From Octopus bimaculoides (taxonomy: Eukaryota): 64,000 nt of DNA. The translations under genes and the position numbers were made by a program. Shown here one piece after another: positions 39,439-51,607 of this stretch. Within the stretch, counting starts at the first letter, position 1; each line of letters begins with the position of its first letter. The notes under the pieces were generated by a model. That model was not told the DNA's origin, ran no database searches, and worked only from the letters and a program-made list of their open reading frames with translations. The stretch is taken from the NCBI RefSeq assembly GCF_001194135.2, contig NC_068991.1, forward strand, positions 52,903,580 through 52,967,579, given 5' to 3'.

Positions 39439-39502
39439 GTTTGTCAAAGTCCTTTTATTGCCATTTGCAAACCTCATCAATGGCATGCTCTCGTTACTCC
39501 AG
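39439..39502 (+). other. Candidate 64-nt internal exon of the Ice2-like gene (FVKVLLLPFANLINGMLSLLQ)
   Basis: ACTAAT branch-like motifs about 45 nt upstream, acceptor TCATTTAG|, donor CAG|GTCAAT. Ends in phase 0 matching 39776, but starts in phase 2, which does not match the 35350 donor in the main frame. Confidence 0.35.
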
Positions 39503-39775
39503 GTCAATTTCTCATGTAGAGCCTCAAACAGATGTTACTCTATTGGAAATAAAACTACTACAATTTTTAAAATTAACTCAAATATGTTTGAGTATATTTG
39601 GTGGTTTTACTTTGTAATGGAAGTAAACTGTAACTTGGGTTCATGAACTATCTTATAACTACTAAAATAATATAAAATGTAATGCTTAGCTATGTTAATT
39701 AAGACATAGTTATTTATTGTTGTAAGATACCTGTTTTCCAGTTATTTATATATTTATTGTTGTTTTCTTATTTAG

Positions 39776-40711
39776 GTTGGATTATTTATTCTGCTGTGGG
39801 CTCTCCCTGTGAAACTCGTCCCTTATTCAGTGGTATATGTCTATGGCTTTGTGCTGCAGGTATTTGAACCTATCATGTTATTCCAAGAAGTTCTCTTTGT
39901 TCTTCTCCTAGCAACACAACTTTCCAATTACATAAATGATTTGGCTGAAGAAGATGATGATGATAACCTGTACATATATCAAATTATATTTGCTATATTT
40001 TCTATTCTAAACTATGGTTTATCCTGTTATATTGTGTTAATATCTTTTAACAGCAACACCTGGCTTCTTTATGTGATATTATTTCTAACAGTCTTCAACC
40101 ATGTTCTCATGTGGTCATTAGGAACTGGACAGATGTGGGAAACTGCTTTTACTTTCATGTTGACCATGTTTATACTTTTACTCATGAACATAGAGAACAA
40201 CTTAACTGAAAATATAGAATTACCTGTTCTATCCTGTTTTGATTCTAAACACACTTTGATAGAATTTGTGAGCAGTGTTTGGCTACTAAACTCTGAGAAA
40301 CTATCCAACTTTCTAAAGTTGATTGGTAGTTTTTTAAGTCCTATTTTTGTTGGCACTATTTTCCTCCGGCTCTTTTCTGTCAATTGCTTCAATTATCAGA
40401 AAACTGTTTCAATGTTTTTTGAAAACGAAGACAAAGATGATGATGTTTTATTAGAAGAAAGTAGTCCGTCCATTTTAAGTTGCTCAGGTTTACAACCAAC
40501 TCTTGTTTGTAAATTGGGCACAGTTTTTGTTGTTACACAACTTATGATTAGACAATTTTATCTTTTTATTGGAAATGGCTTAATTACTCAGCAAGAATGG
40601 ATAAAAAATTGGTTGCCTGATAATATATTAATTGGAAGAGTAACTCAGATGTTTTTGGTGAATATTTTCTTTCAGCATTCAATTTACAGACGATGGTCAG
40701 ATAATTCTTAA
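39776..40711 (+). CDS. Large terminal coding exon of the Ice2/SERINC-superfamily protein (311 aa + stop)
   Basis: Acceptor TTTTCTTATTTAG| at 39775, phase 0, in frame with track ORF 39809-40711. Several hydrophobic helices. Motifs YGFVLQVFEPIMLFQEVLFVLL (Ice2 WQFVLTKSTPFFTLSEGFFTIL), acidic loop then LNYGLSCYIVL (SERINC LNYLLSLVAIV), LGTGQMWETAFTF (Ice2 SQKGSVIESSLFF), FLSPIFVGTIFLRL (Ice2 VSPAIVINLCFRV). Longest clean non-repeat ORF in the window. Confidence 0.88.
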   Translation, partial: VGLFILLWALPVKLVPYSVVYVYGFVLQVFEPIMLFQEVLFVLLLATQLSNYINDLAEEDDDDNLYIYQIIFAIFSILNYGLSCYIVLISFNSNTWLLYVILFLTVFNHVLMWSLGTGQMWETAFTFMLTMFILLLMNIENNLTENIELPVLSCFDSKHTLIEFVSSVWLLNSEKLSNFLKLIGSFLSPIFVGTIFLRLFSVNCFNYQKTVSMFFENEDKDDDVLLEESSPSILSCSGLQPTLVCKLGTVFVVTQLMIRQFYLFIGNGLITQQEWIKNWLPDNILIGRVTQMFLVNIFFQHSIYRRWSDNS

Positions 40712-41069
40712 ATAATCATTATTTTGGAGACTATTCTAGTTTTCACATAACAACAAACATTGTTTACATAATTGATATATTTCTTTATGAAATCCAAAAT
40801 CAAGTAATGGAATCATTGTTTCTGATTTCTGCTGAAAATATTTTAGAAATATTAAGGATCCCAACTCCAAAAGAGAAATAATCCATGTTGACAATATTCA
40901 CACTTCGCCTTAATTCTTTTCTATTTTTCATATCCATCTTTATGAATTTCAACAGTTCCTTTTAAAACAAAGACTTATTCATGTTCTTTGACACAAATAC
41001 TGGCACATTTAAGATAATTAAATTTCTTATAAGGACATATTTACTCAGAAAACTATTGAAAACTATTGC

Positions 41070-41340
41070 TCCTACATCAGGAATGGTGTTGCTGTTCATT
41101 GGAAAATACTCCTAAATATAGAATGATACTGATATTCTGCTACTCATATTTTATGCTGTTTCCACATTTAGGATGGTACTACTTGTAAGTGGAATACTTT
41201 CCTACTTCTGGGACAGTATTGCTGTTCAATGGAATATTCCCCTAAATCTAAGACAATACTTCTGTTCAATGAAATACTGCTCTCATATCAGGGACTGTGT
41301 CATTACTCAATGGAATATTTTCCTAAATCTGGCATGGTGC
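41070..41340. repeat. Degenerate 40-41-bp minisatellite downstream of the Ice2-like stop codon
   Basis: Recurring GCTGTTCAATGGAATATT..CCTAAATC units; unit length is not a multiple of 3. Confidence 0.6.
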
Positions 41341-43770
41341 TGCTACTCAAGAAAGAACACTACTCCTTACTTCTGTGATGATGCTGTTATTCACATCATT
41401 ACCTCTCATCTTGTACGACTTAAAATTCGAAAGAGTTGTTGGTCTCTGCACTTTTGCTAATCCCAAGATTTCTAAAAATTCTTAAACTGATGCTTCTAAC
41501 CTGATAGGATACCAATGAAACAGCTGAGAAACTGAAAATCCATACAAGATCACCAGTTATAAACAGCATGAGGAAGAATGTAGGGCTGAGATAAAGAAAC
41601 CCAAAGGATATATCAGCCACTAATCCCATGTATGCTGATTGTAGTACAATTTCTGCTGACATAAGAAAAACTAAGAGAGCTTCACAGTTTGGTCTTTGTA
41701 TCAGTGATGATAATAACTAAAGTACTTTAGATCAGTATCACATTCAATGTAATAAAATTGGAACAAATTGCAGCATTTAAACATCTTGGATTGTATACAG
41801 AAGAAAACAATTGCTGCATCATTAGATATCAGAAACGGAAGTAACTTAACATCTTGGGTCTCTGAGCTACTTCATCAGTGCTGGGAAAAGACACAAAATA
41901 TCTCATTACACCAAAATCTAAATTTATCAACTGTCTCTATTCTCTAAGTTATTGTATGATATTGATTCATTAGAATCACTCCAAAATGATTTAAATATAT
42001 TAAAAGCCTTTTAAATGATTTGCTTTTGCTGAATACTTGGAGAATCACAAAGGAACCAGTTTTTGAGTGATCACATTTAATGAACTTGATTTTGCCAGCT
42101 GGCTATTTCTGAATTTGGTGTAGCCATGGAATAACCTCAGATGAATCATTTAAGGTTGTTATGCAACCTGCTTACATGTCTTCAACCTCAAAAGAACACT
42201 GTAAAGACCTTGATGAAAATTATCTGTAGAGAGTCCGGAGAAACTGAAGATTACTATTAATGATGTTGGTAAACATGGTAAAAAATTATCTATGGAAAAT
42301 TGGTACCATACTAACCCTGTATATTTTAAACATGCCATATACAGCCCAAATCTTTAATCTGTTTTATGTTCAAACCAGCCACATCTGGTCTCTTACACCT
42401 ACTCTACAATGTCATTTTAAAAACAAACAATTATATCTTTGAAGTTTCAAAGCTATGGAGATAATGCATGATTAATTCAAAATAATATGAATAAATAAGC
42501 ATTACATTTGACATTATTCTAAATGCTAAAGGGTGAAGGGAGATAGATTAGAAGGAAACACCCTAAAAACCTCTCTCTGTCTAAAGTTTACAGGATAATT
42601 ATAATGATCAATCCACCTTGATAACTTATTTAACTTAATAAGTTTCTTCCCAAAGTTCTTCTACTTATAACAAGATATATTTCTCTAAACAATGTTTGAA
42701 TGAGCAAAGCTAATCAATTATGTAATTATAATAGTAACTGTAAATAAATAATAGCATACTCGATGTGGTAAGCCAAGAAATTTTTTAGCTGAACTTAAAC
42801 CTTGAATGATGACAACAATCATTTTCTAAATGCCTAGTTCTCAAAAAATACAAGGGGCAGAGAAAACACCTAGATTTTAATTAAATATTAATCACCACAA
42901 AAGTATAATTTTAACTATTACTTGGCATACTACATGAAGTATCTTAGTTGTTATTTCAAGGTTTTCATGCAACAGGCATTCCTGGGTAATTTTTCCCAGT
43001 CACATGTATATATTTATAGCATTCACATGTGGTGTTATTAAATTATTCATAACCTGAGCTCTGGTAACTGAGAGCTATTTCAAGTAAATTTGCATCTGCC
43101 TATCAAATACATTCAGAGTTACAAGGTCTGCATGTACATATGCAACATTATAACATTTTCTTTTCTTGAATTTTTATTATACAATGATGAAATAAAAAAT
43201 TATTTTTATAAGAATTTGTCCTGTTATATTTTTAATTTGTAACCTTGAGTTTTAAAATATAATGTTGAGATTGAACATGTGAATTTGTCAATAAAAGACA
43301 AAAATGCCATACAACTTTTCTATTATTTTCTGATAGAAATTTACCTCCTGCTAAAAAGGTTTTTTTTTATATATATTACTGACATGTTAACCAACCTTGC
43401 CATGTGAGAAAGGCATGAATAGCCTCCAAGTATATAGGATCTACCTGTTCATATCCAACTTTATTATGCACTTTTTCTTTAATTTAATTTAATTTAATTT
43501 TCATTACACAATGATAAATAGTAGTAGTATGGCATTGAAGATGATATAATATTTCTGTGTAGACTATATTGCAATTCTCTGATCATCTTCAGCTGATACA
43601 CACACACACAGGCAGATAGGTGCTGGCAATGTTATGAGGTTAAGAAACTTGCTTCCCAACCATGTGGTCTTCATTTCTGTCTCACTGTGTGACACCTTGG
43701 CAAGTGTCTTCTATTATAGCCTTGGGCTTTGCAAGTGAATTTGACAGACAAGAACTGGAAGATGTCTATC

Positions 43771-43804
<34 letters not shown>

Positions 43805-44334
43805 TTGTGTATACCTTTACCTGGACATCATGTGATGGCTGTAAATGAGCATCATTGTCATATAAGTTAGCTTGTTCATTTTCAGTCTTCCATGAGAAAA
43901 TATTACCTTGCTTAGAAACAGATGAAGATTGGTGAGAGGAAGGGCATCCAGCTGTGGAAAATATGCCTCAACAAATTCTGTCTGACCCATGCAAGCATTG
44001 AAAAATGGATGTTAAATGATGATATATACATATATATATTTTCTATCTTTTACTTCTTTCAGTCATTGGATTGTGGACATATAGGGGCACTGTCACAAAG
44101 AGTTTTAGTCAAATTGACCCCAGTTCATATTCTTAGGCTAGTACTTATTCTATAAGTCTCTTATGCCAAACTGCTAAGTTACAGGTATGTAAAGAAACCA
44201 ACTTCAGTTGTTAAATGATGGGGGGGGGGGGAGAAATACAATGTGTGCACACATACCCACACATGAGACAAGCTTCTTTCAGTTTCTATCTACCAAATCC
44301 ACTCAAGGTTTTGATTGGACAGGAAAAGGTAATT

Positions 44335-45315
44335 AAAATTCATTAAAATGACAGATCTATTGGACTTTCAAAGAGGTCAAATTGTTGGTGCTTGTATGAC
44401 AGGCACTAGCGTAACAAAAACACCCGAAATGTTTGGTGTATCAAGAACTACTGTCTCGAAAGTAATGACAGCCTTTGAGAAAGAAGGGGAAAAAACCTCC
44501 TCGAAACAAAACTCCGGAAGAAAACCAAAACTTTCAGACAGGGACTGTCGGACTCTTACGAGAATTGTTAGAAAGAATCACAAAATTACTGCAGAGCTTA
44601 ATAATCACCTTGAGAACCCAATTTCNNNNNNNNNNNNNNNNNNNNNNNNNNNNNNNNNNNNNNNNNNNNNNNNNNNNNNNNNNNNNNNNNNNNNNNNNNN
44701 NNNNNNNNNNNNNNNNNNNNNNNNNNNNNNNNNNNNNNNNNNNNNNNNNNNNNNNNNNNNNNNNNNNNNNNNNNNNNNNNNNNNNNNNNNNNNNNNNNNN
44801 NNNNNNNNNNNNNNNNNNNNNNNNNNNNNNNNNNNNNNNNNNNNNNNNNNNNNNNNNNNNNNNNNNNNNNNNNNNNNNNNNNNNNNNNNNNNNNNNNNNN
44901 NNNNNNNNNNNNNNNNNNNNNNNNNNNNNNNNNNNNNTGTATCTTGGAAATCCGCCGGCCCAATGGTTTCCCTTCATGGCAGAATTAATAGTCAGGACTA
45001 TTTAAGCATTTTATCTGATCAAATTCATCCTATGGTGCGGAAACGCAGTCTTTCAGTATGATAATGCACTAACTCCCACAGCTAAAATTGTTACTGAATG
45101 GCATGAGGAACAGTCTAGTGAAGTTGAACATCTTATCTGGCCACCACAGTCCCCAGATCTTGGTGCATTTTAGAAAAACAAGTAAGGAGTCGATATCATC
45201 CACCATCATCACTACAAGAACTGGACACTGTTTTAGCTGAAGAATGGACAAAAATTCCTTTGGAAACAATTCAAACTTTGTACGAATCTTGAACTCAGAA
45301 TGCAAGGGACTGGAG
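44335..45315 (+). mobile_element. Tc1/mariner transposase pseudogene spanning a gap
   Basis: FQRGQIVGA, SGRKPKL, YLSILSDQIHP, WPPQSPDL, EEWTKIPLETIQTL with frameshifts. Confidence 0.88.
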
Positions 45316-47710
45316 CAAATATCACAAGACATCCAGTCCAATAATCTGAAAGTTCCATCATTCCCCTGCCTTTGTTTTTTTATTGACCCTGAAAAGGATG
45401 TAAAGCAAAATTGACCTTGGCAGAATTTGAACTCAGAATGCAAAAGTTTGAAACGATGACTGGAGAATAATTTATCCAACATGTTAATGATTCTGCTAAA
45501 TCATCACTGGCTTCAAATGGATACTGTTTTTATGAGAGATGCGACTGACTCAGATGTGGGGTATATGTTTGTTTGGACAGAAGATTCTTTTTTTTTTTTA
45601 TATTTTACATGAAAGGAGATACATCATGATGATGATCATCATCATTTAGCATCTGTTTTCTATGCTGGCATGGGTTAGACAATTTGACTTGAACTGGTAA
45701 GCTGGAGAGCTGCACCAGGCTCCAGTCTGTTACGGCTTGGTTTCTATGGCTGGACGCTCTTCCTAATATCAACCGCTCCACAGAGTGTACAAAGTGCCTT
45801 TTATGCTTCCCCGGCACTTGTGCCTTTAATGTGTCACTGGCATAGGTGCCTTTTACATGTCACTGGCACAGGTGCCTTCTATATATCACCAGCACGGGTG
45901 CCTTTTATGTGTAACCAGCACTGGCCACGACTACAATTTCAACTCAAAATGTCTTCTCAAGCACAACAAATTGCCATCAGTCTTGGCCACTTGTCATTGC
46001 CTCTGTAAGACACAACATCTGAAGATCATATTTCACCACCTTACTCCTAGTCTTCCTTCCAGATAAATTTGGTTTGTTGACTTTTTTTGTGGTAAATAAC
46101 AAACTAGAGTAATTTGATGATTAACAGGAGCGAAAGAAAAATTCTGTTTTATGAGCTAAAAATATGGCAGAATTGAATTTTTGGCATCAGTATTTTTATT
46201 TTTAAGATCCTAAGGGTCCTCATACGATATTGATAAAACATTGAAGTAATATTAGTTGGTACTATATCACCACCATCTTTATCTCTTTTCCAGCTACTCT
46301 CAACCACCCTCACATAATGCTGGGTAGCCATATATCTTATTTATAGATACAAGAAATCCACGCTTGTCCCTCTTTCATATTTTAGCCTTTCTATTCTTGA
46401 CATAAATCACCTCCCCCTCTCTCAAATACACCCACTCATTTGAGGGGGATTTTACTTTTCCTTTTTTTTCTTTGTCTTGCAAGTTATTTGGTAACCTCAC
46501 TACTACTCAATAAACAATGTAAAATAGTTGGCAGTAGGAAGGCGGTGAGCTGACAGAATCATTAGCAAGCTGGACAAAATGCTGCAAAGCATTTCTTCCA
46601 GTTTTACATTCTGAGTTGAAATTCCATTCCATTTTCTACTGAGGTTGACTTTGCTTTTCATCCTGTTGGAGTCAATAAAATAAGTACCAGTTGAGTACTG
46701 GGGTTGGTGTAATCGACTAGCCCTTCCTCCAAATTTCAGGCCCATGCATCTATACTAGAAAGGATTAGGAAGAGTATTCAGCCATAGAAACCATGGCAAA
46801 ACAAACAGTGGAGCTCAACACAGCCCTCCATTTAGTTGGGTCCTCTTAAACCCATACCAACATGAAAAATGGATGATAAATGATAATGATGACGATGATG
46901 ACAACAATGATGATGATGAACATAATAGGCTGAAAGATAGATGCTTGTGTAGTGATGTATGTGTAAGTGGAGAAATAGGTTACATGGTAGTGTCTGTCCA
47001 TAGTTGGATTTCATTAAAACTAAAAATACAGGCAGGCAAAAAGTCATGCACATATATACACGGATTAGATGTGTGTATATACACAGTATATAGGCATGCA
47101 TATTTTTAGTACTAACAATGTCCATCTGTATGAAGTTACCACTACTCCTACTCTCTCTTCTGTTTGTACACACCCACTGCATACATCTAACTTTCAACCC
47201 AACTCTCTATCTTTCTCATAGCACCCTCCTCCAGAATAAAAGCTATTACACTAATATTACTATATTTACCACTTGATGCAGTCACCCTATTGACCTTCAG
47301 ACAAGAAATACTTAAGCTAAAATATTCCAATCTACCACACTCTAAAGTCCATCTCCAAAAATAGGGGTTTTATTTTGTTTACTCTTATTATTCAGCTAAT
47401 TACATTTCTTGGCCATTTCCTTAGAAATATTGGCTGATAATCAAAATTTGTGAACAAAAATAACTCTATTGTCCAAACTAACACACACATGTACACACAA
47501 CACACACACACACACACACAAATATCATCAGCATTAAAAAAAAATAAATAAAAGTAACACATGCACATACCCTCAGAAAAAAAATCACCCACACAAACCA
47601 AACACTCTAAGCTGAACCCACAACTTACAAATACAATATTTATTTCCCTCAAATCTTGACTAATACAAAGATTCTTATCTGGGATAAAAATGAAAAAAAA
47701 CACCCTATGA

Positions 47711-48107
47711 GGCGCGGGAGTGGCTGTGTGGTAAGTAGCTTGCTTACCAACCACATGGTTCCGGGTTCAGTCCCACTGCGTGGCACCTTGGGCAAGTGTC
47801 TTCTACTATAGCTTCGGGCTGACCAAAGCCTTGTGAGTGGATTTGGTAGACGGAAACTGAAAGAAGCCCGTCGTATATATATGTGTGTGTGTGTGTATGT
47901 TTGTGTGTCTGTGTTTGTCCCCCCAACATTGCTTGACAACCGATGCTGGTGTGTTTACGTCCCCATAACTTAGCGGTTCGGCAAAAGAGACCGATAGAAT
48001 AAGTACTAGGCTTCCAAAGAATAAGTCTTGGGGTCGATTTGCTCGACTAAAGGCGGTGCTCCAGCATGGCCACAGTCAAATGACTGAAACAGGTAAAAGA
48101 GTAAAGA
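47711..48107 (+). mobile_element. tRNA-derived SINE, family A, with internal microsatellite
   Basis: tRNA-like head GTGGCTGTGTGGTAAG...GGTTCAGTCCC, (TA/TG)n middle, GACTGAAAC(A)GTAAAAGA tail. Other copies about 1428-1812 (-), 16270-16510 (-), 36400-36830, 37560-37920, 39130-39370, 43610-43800, 44040-44310 (-), 48440-48720. Confidence 0.88.
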
Positions 48108-48720
48108 GAGGCATTGAAGCTTTCAACTCTTCCAATTTTTCTGCTTACAAATGACAAATGTCATGGATATATATGTAACATATGTTATAATTATAAACAG
48201 GGAAAATTTTAGCCATTTCTCTGCAGACTGTAAAAATGATGAACAACCTTAATCGATTTTAAAACTTTATTGGGTTCTCTTCAGAGGTGTTTACATCATT
48301 CTTACAGTCTCTAGAGAAACAAGCAGCCAAACTGTTTATGTACTCAACAAATGCTGTAGTTACTCTATGGAGGAATCCTTAATTTGCATACTGAAAGTGT
48401 TTAACACTCTTTAAATACCAGTGGATATATATATATATATTTATGGGTATGTTGTAAGAAGCTTGCTTCCTGGCCACAAGATTCTGTGTGTGTGTGTCTG
48501 TGTTTGTCCCTCACTACTGCTTGACAACTGGTGTTGGTGTGTTTATGTCCCTGTGACCTAGTGGTTTGGCAAATGAGACCAATAGAATAAGTACCACGCT
48601 TAATAAAAAATAAATACTGAGGTCAATTTGTTTGACTAAAAACTCTTCAAGACAATTCTTCAACCCTAACCCAAACCCTAACCCTGCATGGTCACAGTCT
48701 AATGACTGAAACAAGTAAAA

Positions 48721-49620
48721 CAGGGATTGGCAACTTCTTTGCCTCCATGGGCTGGATTGAGTATTAATGATGGATAGCGGGCCAGACGAAGGCCTTAAAA
48801 GAATAATTATGGAAAATTACACAAGCTAAAATTTAATCACGAGTGTTGACTATACTTAAAAAATAATTTGTATTAACCACAGATGAATGTAGTAATGGTA
48901 AAGCATCATTTATTCAATCTAAGACATCATTGAAATCATTTGTTTAAAAAAAAATTGTAAAAATACATAGCCAAAAAAATAATGGGAAACTTGATGTTTT
49001 TTGTTCCTTGAAAGCTTCTCAATATTAAGGCTTCAAACTTGTTGATGCCAAGTGCAACATATTATCAAGATGATTATCAGTTAATCTTGTTCTGAAATTG
49101 TTCTTAGTTTGCTTCAATTTGGAAAATAATTGCTCAGACTGATAAGTGCTTCCAAACAAAGATGCCATCATTTTTGCATGATTCACTAAGTTGGTATACT
49201 TTCCATTTGGAAAAAATATATTTTGTATAGAAGTTAATCAATGAAACATCTTTAGAATGAAATTTAGATCTCAATAAGTTGTCACACTGCATATCAATCA
49301 ATTCCATTCGAAAACATTCTGATACTGTTTCCACCTCCACATGAAATGGTGCAACAAACAATTTAAACTGATATGCATGCAGATGAAAGTCAGCAAAACA
49401 TGATGCAAATTCATTTCTCAAATCCTGGATTGTATTCACAAATAGCTCTGAATCCTTTGGTTTCCTTCCTTGAAATGATGCAAAATGCACATAATTTTAA
49501 TTTCGAAGTTGATATTCCCACAACTGTAGCTCTTTTTCAAAGGCAACAAAATGGTTATACATTTCATTTATGAGCTGAATTTTACCTTGAAGTTGTAAAT
49601 CTAAGTTATTTAAATGAAAA
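48721..49620 (-). mobile_element. hAT (SPIN/GTF2IRD2-like) transposase 3' remnant with one terminus
   Basis: MELIDMQCD, SLFGSTYQSEQLFSKLK, RTRLTDNHL dimerisation-domain motifs; CAGGGATTGGCAAC terminus at 48721. Confidence 0.85.
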
Positions 49621-49828
49621 TTCAAATAAAATTGATCAGAGGTCATGAGAAGATCTCTGGGGCTTTTTTTTTTTTGCGATCCTGAAATAGATACTACATC
49701 ATTTGTAGTATTTATTCTGTATGCAATATCACTTTAGCAGCTTTGCAGACAAAGTATTTGTAAGTGGTTTAAAGACTTCCACTTTGTTGGCTTTGCTCTT
49801 TGTTCCTTGCATATAGAGCTTATTTTTT

Positions 49829-50217
49829 GTGGAGGCGCAATGGCCGAGTGGTTAGGGCAGTGGACTCACGGTCATAGGATCGCGGTTTCGATTCCCAGAC
49901 CGGGTGTTGTGAGTGTTTATTGAGTGAAAACACCTAAAGCTCCACGAGGCTCCGGCAGGGGATGGTGGCGATCCCTGCTGTACTCTTCCACCACAACTTT
50001 CTCTCACTCTTACTTCCTGTTTCTGTTGTGCCTGTAATTCAAAGGGTCAGCCTTGTCACACTGTGTCACACTGAATATCCCCGAGAACTACGTTAAGGGT
50101 ACATGTGTCTATGGAGTGCTCAGCCGCTTGCACGTTAATTTCATGAGCAGGCTGTTCCATTGATCGAATCAACTGGAACCCTCGATGTCGTAAGCGACGG
50201 AGTGCCAACAACAACAA
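49829..50217 (+). mobile_element. tRNA-derived SINE, family B, full length with TSD
   Basis: A box TGGCCGAGTGG, B box GGTTTCGATTCCC, (CAA)n tail, TSD ATAGAGCTTATTTT / ATAGAACTTATTTA. Other copies about 15180-15505, 36853-37205 (-), 38370-38690, 59362-59712, 59713-59898 (-). Confidence 0.9.
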
Positions 50218-50439
50218 TAGAACTTATTTAAACTGTAATACAAGTAAATGAATGGAAATCAGTGAGTGTGTTAAATTAATAAGGTACTAAAAGAGAATGA
50301 CTCTCCCCAGACACAATACAATTCAGAAGTCTGAAAGGAAAATTTCAAAAGAGAACACCAATAATGTTAGTGTGTTGCCATAAAAAAATTTCATAGATTT
50401 TTACACAGTAGAAGTTTTTGACCGTGGACTGATCGTTGT

Positions 50440-50585
50440 CTGTTATTATTGATATATGGGTCGAAGAAAGGAATCCCTACCCATACTGTTAGTAGGTAGG
50501 TTGCAACGCTGGAGTACTGTATTATTAAACTATGATTTTAAGATGGAGTATATACGATCCAAGAAATTAGGACATGATGACGCTC
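50440..50585 (+). mobile_element. Ty3/Gypsy RNase H fragment
   Basis: RLQRWSTVLLNYDFKMEYIRSKKLGHDD. Confidence 0.7.
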
Positions 50586-50599
50586 GAAAGTCATGTGTA

Positions 50600-50895
50600 A
50601 GGACTTTCGAGCGAGATCATTGCCAGTGCCCCTGGACTGGCTCCTGTGCAGGTGGTACATAAAATACACCATTTTGAGCGTGGCCGTTGCCAGTACCCCC
50701 TGACTGGCCTTCGTGCCGGTGGCACGTAAAAGCACCCACTACACTCTCGGAGTGGTTGGCGTTAGGAAGGGCATCCAGCTGTAGAAACTCTGCCAAATCA
50801 GATTGGAGCCTGGTGTAGCCATCTGGTTCACCAGTCCTCAGTCAAATCGTCCAACCCATGCTAGCATGGAAAGCGGACGTTAAACGATGATGATG
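50600..50895 (+). mobile_element. Young RTE-type 3' tail element ending in (GAT)n
   Basis: Near-identical to 60580-60845 and, reverse-complemented, to 9379-9498. Confidence 0.8.
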
Positions 50896-51211
50896 TTACT
50901 TACCTCCCTTTTGTTCACAGATAACTATTTAAGATTGTTACTGCAAACATTGTGGATGTTTTGCATTTGACTAAGCACAATGAAAAAGTTGTCTATCTTA
51001 GATTATTGAAAATAGAATATCCTTGTTGTGTCGTTTAACCCTGTTATGCTATATAAATTCAGATAAATACTTGACAGGATGTTACTACTTATACTGTAAT
51101 GGTTTCACATCATCTTTGTCTATGGTGGCCATAGTCTCTCCACATTTTATAGTGACTTCTCTCAGTAGGTCAAGAAAGTTGTTGATTAATTGTGTGATAG
51201 TTGTATTCTTC

Positions 51212-51607
51212 CAGAGGCGCAATGGCCTAATGGTTAGGGCAGCGGACTTGCGGTCATAGGATTGCAGTTTCAATTCTCAGACCGGGCGTTGTGAGTGTTT
51301 ATTGAGTGAAAACACCTAAAACTCCATGAGGCTCCGGCAGGGGATGGTGGCGAACCCTGCTGTACTCTTTCACCACAACTTTCTCTCACTCTTAATTCCT
51401 GTTTCTGTTGTGCCTGTAATTCAAAGGGTCAGCCTTTCACACTCTGTGTCATGCTGAATCTCCCCGAGAACTACGTTAAGGGTACACGTGTCTGTGGAGT
51501 GCTCAGCCACTTGCACGTTAATTTCACGAGCAGGCTGTTCCGTTGATCGGATCAACTGGAACCCTCGACGTTGTAAACGACAGAGTGCCAACAACAACAA
51601 CAACAAC
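51212..51607 (+). mobile_element. tRNA-derived SINE, family B, full length with TSD
   Basis: TSD AGTTGTATTCTTCCA / AGCTGTATTCTTCCA. Confidence 0.9.

Noticed and set aside
41070-41340. CRISPR-like or coding repeat array
   Set aside because: Degenerate contiguous 40-41-nt units with no spacers, not a multiple of 3, eukaryotic context.
41420-41662. Hydrophobic minus-strand ORF with plausible splice sites
   Set aside because: No family motif and no phase-linked neighbouring exon found; may be antisense 3' UTR sequence.
49829-49905. tRNA-like sequences with A and B boxes
   Set aside because: They are SINE heads continuous with SINE bodies, tails and TSDs, not tRNA genes.
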